A DNA stretch of 64,000 bases from Sphagnum compactum (taxonomy: Eukaryota): NCBI GenBank assembly GCA_965153455.1, contig OZ234493.1, forward strand, positions 15,242,213 to 15,306,212. The letters are read 5' to 3'. Each line of letters begins with the position of its first letter. Positions within the stretch are counted from its first letter, which is position 1. The notes beneath the pieces are model-generated. The model worked only from the letters and a program-made list of their open reading frames with translations, was not told where the DNA came from and did not search any database. The position numbers and the translations under genes are program-made. Below, one piece after another: positions 61,076-64,000 of this stretch.

Positions 61076-63003
61076 CCTCAACTAGACCTCAACGGTGGAA
61101 TCAAAAATTTGGGTTGTATCTTTGCTTTTTTTTTTGTTGATGTTAAATGTTATTTTCTGACACTGGTTTATTGTTTATTTTTTGGTTCAATATTATTATG
61201 TAGATATTCAAAATCTATGATATTAACCAACTACAAAAATAAAAGAGTAAACCCAAAAAAATTCATTTCAGAATCCATATATGCAGCAATACAACATCTA
61301 CAATAATTTAAAAACAAATTCAAATTATATGGAATTGAAAACAAAAAATAGGAAACAAAATACAATGTAATACAAATGTTATCCTCCATAAAAAATCCTC
61401 TTTAACTCCTATCATGAGCTTATCCTCATCCCTTAAAAAACTCAATGTCCTAATGATCACCAACTTAAAACTCTTATCGTAAATCCTTCTTAATTTTTTG
61501 CCATGATATGAATTCAAATTCTCAACCAGTCCTAATCACTCAACCCTATGCTACCACTCTATCCTACAACAACACTTCCTTTTGTTCACTTTGTGCAATG
61601 GTAATATAACATTTTTTCCTTTAACAATTGAACTAGTTTCAAATTCATTGTGTATGGCAATCTTGTAAAGATGCCAACAAAGATATGAAATTTGTACTCA
61701 AATTATGGTCTACGAAATATTTTCATAGTCTTTATGCAATAACTAAAACAAACTGTGTGAATAAAAAGCAATTCCAAATTGGTTTTTTTAAACCCAAAAT
61801 GATGCATTTGCAAATATGTCTCTTAAAGATGTGTAGTTACAAATAGACTCTTAGGGGTGTGCATCAAATGAAATTGCCGACAATATGTTGACATGTGTAT
61901 CATGTGCATTAGAAATGTTCAAATGCATATGGAGCTTTGAAGAAAAGCACAATGGAAAGTATTTATAGATTAATAATGGTATTTGTAGATTTGTAGATAG
62001 GTACATTGATAGTTTAAAAATGGAGAGGAATCGAAGAGAAATTCATTTTGTTCTTTTTAACAACCATATTTTTGATAGTCTTCAGAAATAATAATGATTG
62101 TGCCAAATATATACATGTTGTAGCAAGCTTGAAAGCATAGTGTTATAATATATACTACTTGAAGTTGTTGGAATTGCAAATTTTGAATGCACAATTGAAC
62201 TTGATTTTGAAATTGAATTTTTTACAAGCTATTTGTCATTAATGTTTAGGTTTGCAAAGGGGGGGGGGGGAACAAAAGACATGCAAGGTGTGTGTGTTGC
62301 TTACACATGTGATTGTTATTTGTAGTGCATAACATTGAGCTCAAAACCTTTGACAACCATTACATGTAACATTGTTTATCTTGCATGAAATCTATGGTTT
62401 TTGACAACAATTTTGTTGGTAAATTGTAACATCGCCTACCTTTCATGAAATCAAATGTTAACTAACAAATGCGCTACCACTAAATTAACATTAGGTATCA
62501 AACCAAATTCCATGTCATCATTTTTATAATTTAATACTTTATACATGATTGCATGCCAAATTGAGAAAATCCTAATGCTACCTTACCAATGACTTAACAT
62601 TAGGTGTGAATGATGTTTAACTAGAGATAATAAATTAATTTGAACCTTAAATCAAGCAAAAGTTGAGATACAATTTTATAACAATTTTTTTTTCTCCAAA
62701 ACTTACATTGACTGAATTTTTGAAAAAAAAAACCCTACAAGAGATGGGCAATAAAACCTTCTTTGGATATGGAGACTTTTTTTTGGCTTTGCCTGTAGTG
62801 AAGAGGCTATGCATTATTGTAGGATTTAAGCATAAAAATTTGTCTCAAATTGGACGGAATGTGTGAGTGACTTGGGCACTATTATGTGTGCATATGATGG
62901 ATGAACATGTTCCATAGAAGTGCATGCATGGGCATCAAAAGTTGCTCTAGATCCAGTAAAGGAAATTTGAAGTCTGAACTTGCCATAAAGGAGGGCAGAG
63001 TCA

Positions 63004-63108
63004 TTAGGGTTTAAAGGAGGTTTAGGGTTTAGGGTTTAGGGTTTAGGATCCTAAACCCTCCTTTAAACCCTAAACCCTAAACCTAAACCCTAAAACCCTA
63101 AACCCTAA
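63004..63108. repeat. Interstitial telomeric repeats in head-to-head (TTTAGGG)n-GGATCC-(CCCTAAA)n arrangement
   Basis: tttagggtttagggtttagggtttaGGATCCtaaaccc...taaaccctaaaccctaaacctaaaccctaaaaccctaaaccctaaa. Confidence 0.9.
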
Positions 63109-63369
63109 AAATATGAAACCATGATCACCCAGAAAGTATAATCTGGATTTTGTATAGGATCTAATGACACAAATTGAGTCTTCTTCTCTAGAGACATTTT
63201 TATTCTTCAATTATTTGGATACCAGTCAACAACCATTTAAATAACCTTGTTTATTCGGACATAGCCAAAAAAGCAATGAGAATCTCCTGGCCATAAAGCA
63301 TCACCAGCCAGAGCTTCTTGCAATTAGTCTATGGACTTTTCCTATTTTTGAATGAAAAGGGTATAGAAC

Positions 63370-63576
63370 TAGGGGTTTAGGGTTTAGGGTTCAGGGTTTT
63401 AGTTGGTGGACTGCAACCCTAAACACTAAAAGAACACTAAACCCTAAACCCATCATACAAGTGGGGACCCATAAATCTAGGAAACAAATCTCCCTCTGTT
63501 TTTTCATGTAAATCAGTGCCAAAAGGTTCTAAAAAGAAATTCCAGAAATTAGGGTTGCAGTCCACCTACTAAAAAC
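63370..63576. repeat. Second telomere-motif cluster with a 27-bp inverted repeat
   Basis: tttagggtttagggttcaggg...taaaccctaaaccc; tttttagttggtggactgcaaccctaa (~63396) is inverted at ~63549 as ttagggttgcagtccacctactaaaaa (1 mismatch). Confidence 0.8.
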
Positions 63577-64000
63577 TATCCCATCTCAAACAAACAACAT
63601 GATGCCCCCCCTTAACTTTGAGCCAAAAGAATGAGCCAAAAGAAATAGCTATGGTTGTGGGTGGGGCGAGCTCTGAGAGGAGCGAATGGGGGAAGTATAA
63701 ACCAAGAGTTTTGGGGTAGGTATTAGAAAAAAAAACCCTAAACTGCATCCAAGCCCCATCCGGGTATCAGACTTGATGCCCATGGTTATTAGAAATGTTC
63801 AGATATATCTGGTCCTGATATATACTCACGGTTATCGAATAAATCAAATGCCTTGTTATTATATACAATGACGGTTTTCAACCCTTTGTTTTTAAGAGTC
63901 AAATAACCACTTAGGGAACTGCTGCTGGGTATTTGCTGGTTTTTTCATGAAACCTGGTGGTTCTTTGAATTCTGGTTATACCTGGAACCAACGGTTATTA

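Overview
Eukaryotic land-plant nuclear DNA with GT-AG introns and scattered TTTAGGG telomere motifs. It is most likely a bryophyte: the repeat landscape resembles Sphagnum, but that is an inference. Four intact protein-coding genes are supported: (1) the 3' part of a multi-exon NO VEIN-like gene ending in a DUF3883 domain (+, <2-5740); (2) a 3-exon homolog of the mitochondrial complex I P2 / At2g27730-like protein (+, 19836-22119); (3) a 4-coding-exon IMP dehydrogenase (-, 26707-23986); (4) a single-exon Pro-rich membrane protein with a C-terminal DUF761 motif (-, ~34190-32256). A nested transposon island of about 12 kb lies between the first two genes. It contains a Ty3/Gypsy pol remnant with a solo LTR inside, a hAT remnant with a solo LTR in its intron, an AT-rich CACTA-ended element, and a CRE-like non-LTR retrotransposon with a restriction-like endonuclease. 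The right 28 kb has no intact genes. It holds tandem repeats, a TIR mini-element retaining a CCHC knuckle, a long hairpin, a decayed two-gene PIF/Harbinger element and a fold-back telomeric palindrome. I found no CRISPR array, tRNA or rRNA. I also found no unambiguous new multi-gene system. The most interesting leads are a duplicated splice acceptor (possible poison micro-exon) in IMPDH, spliced non-coding tails downstream of genes, and rearrangements whose breakpoints sit on telomere motifs.
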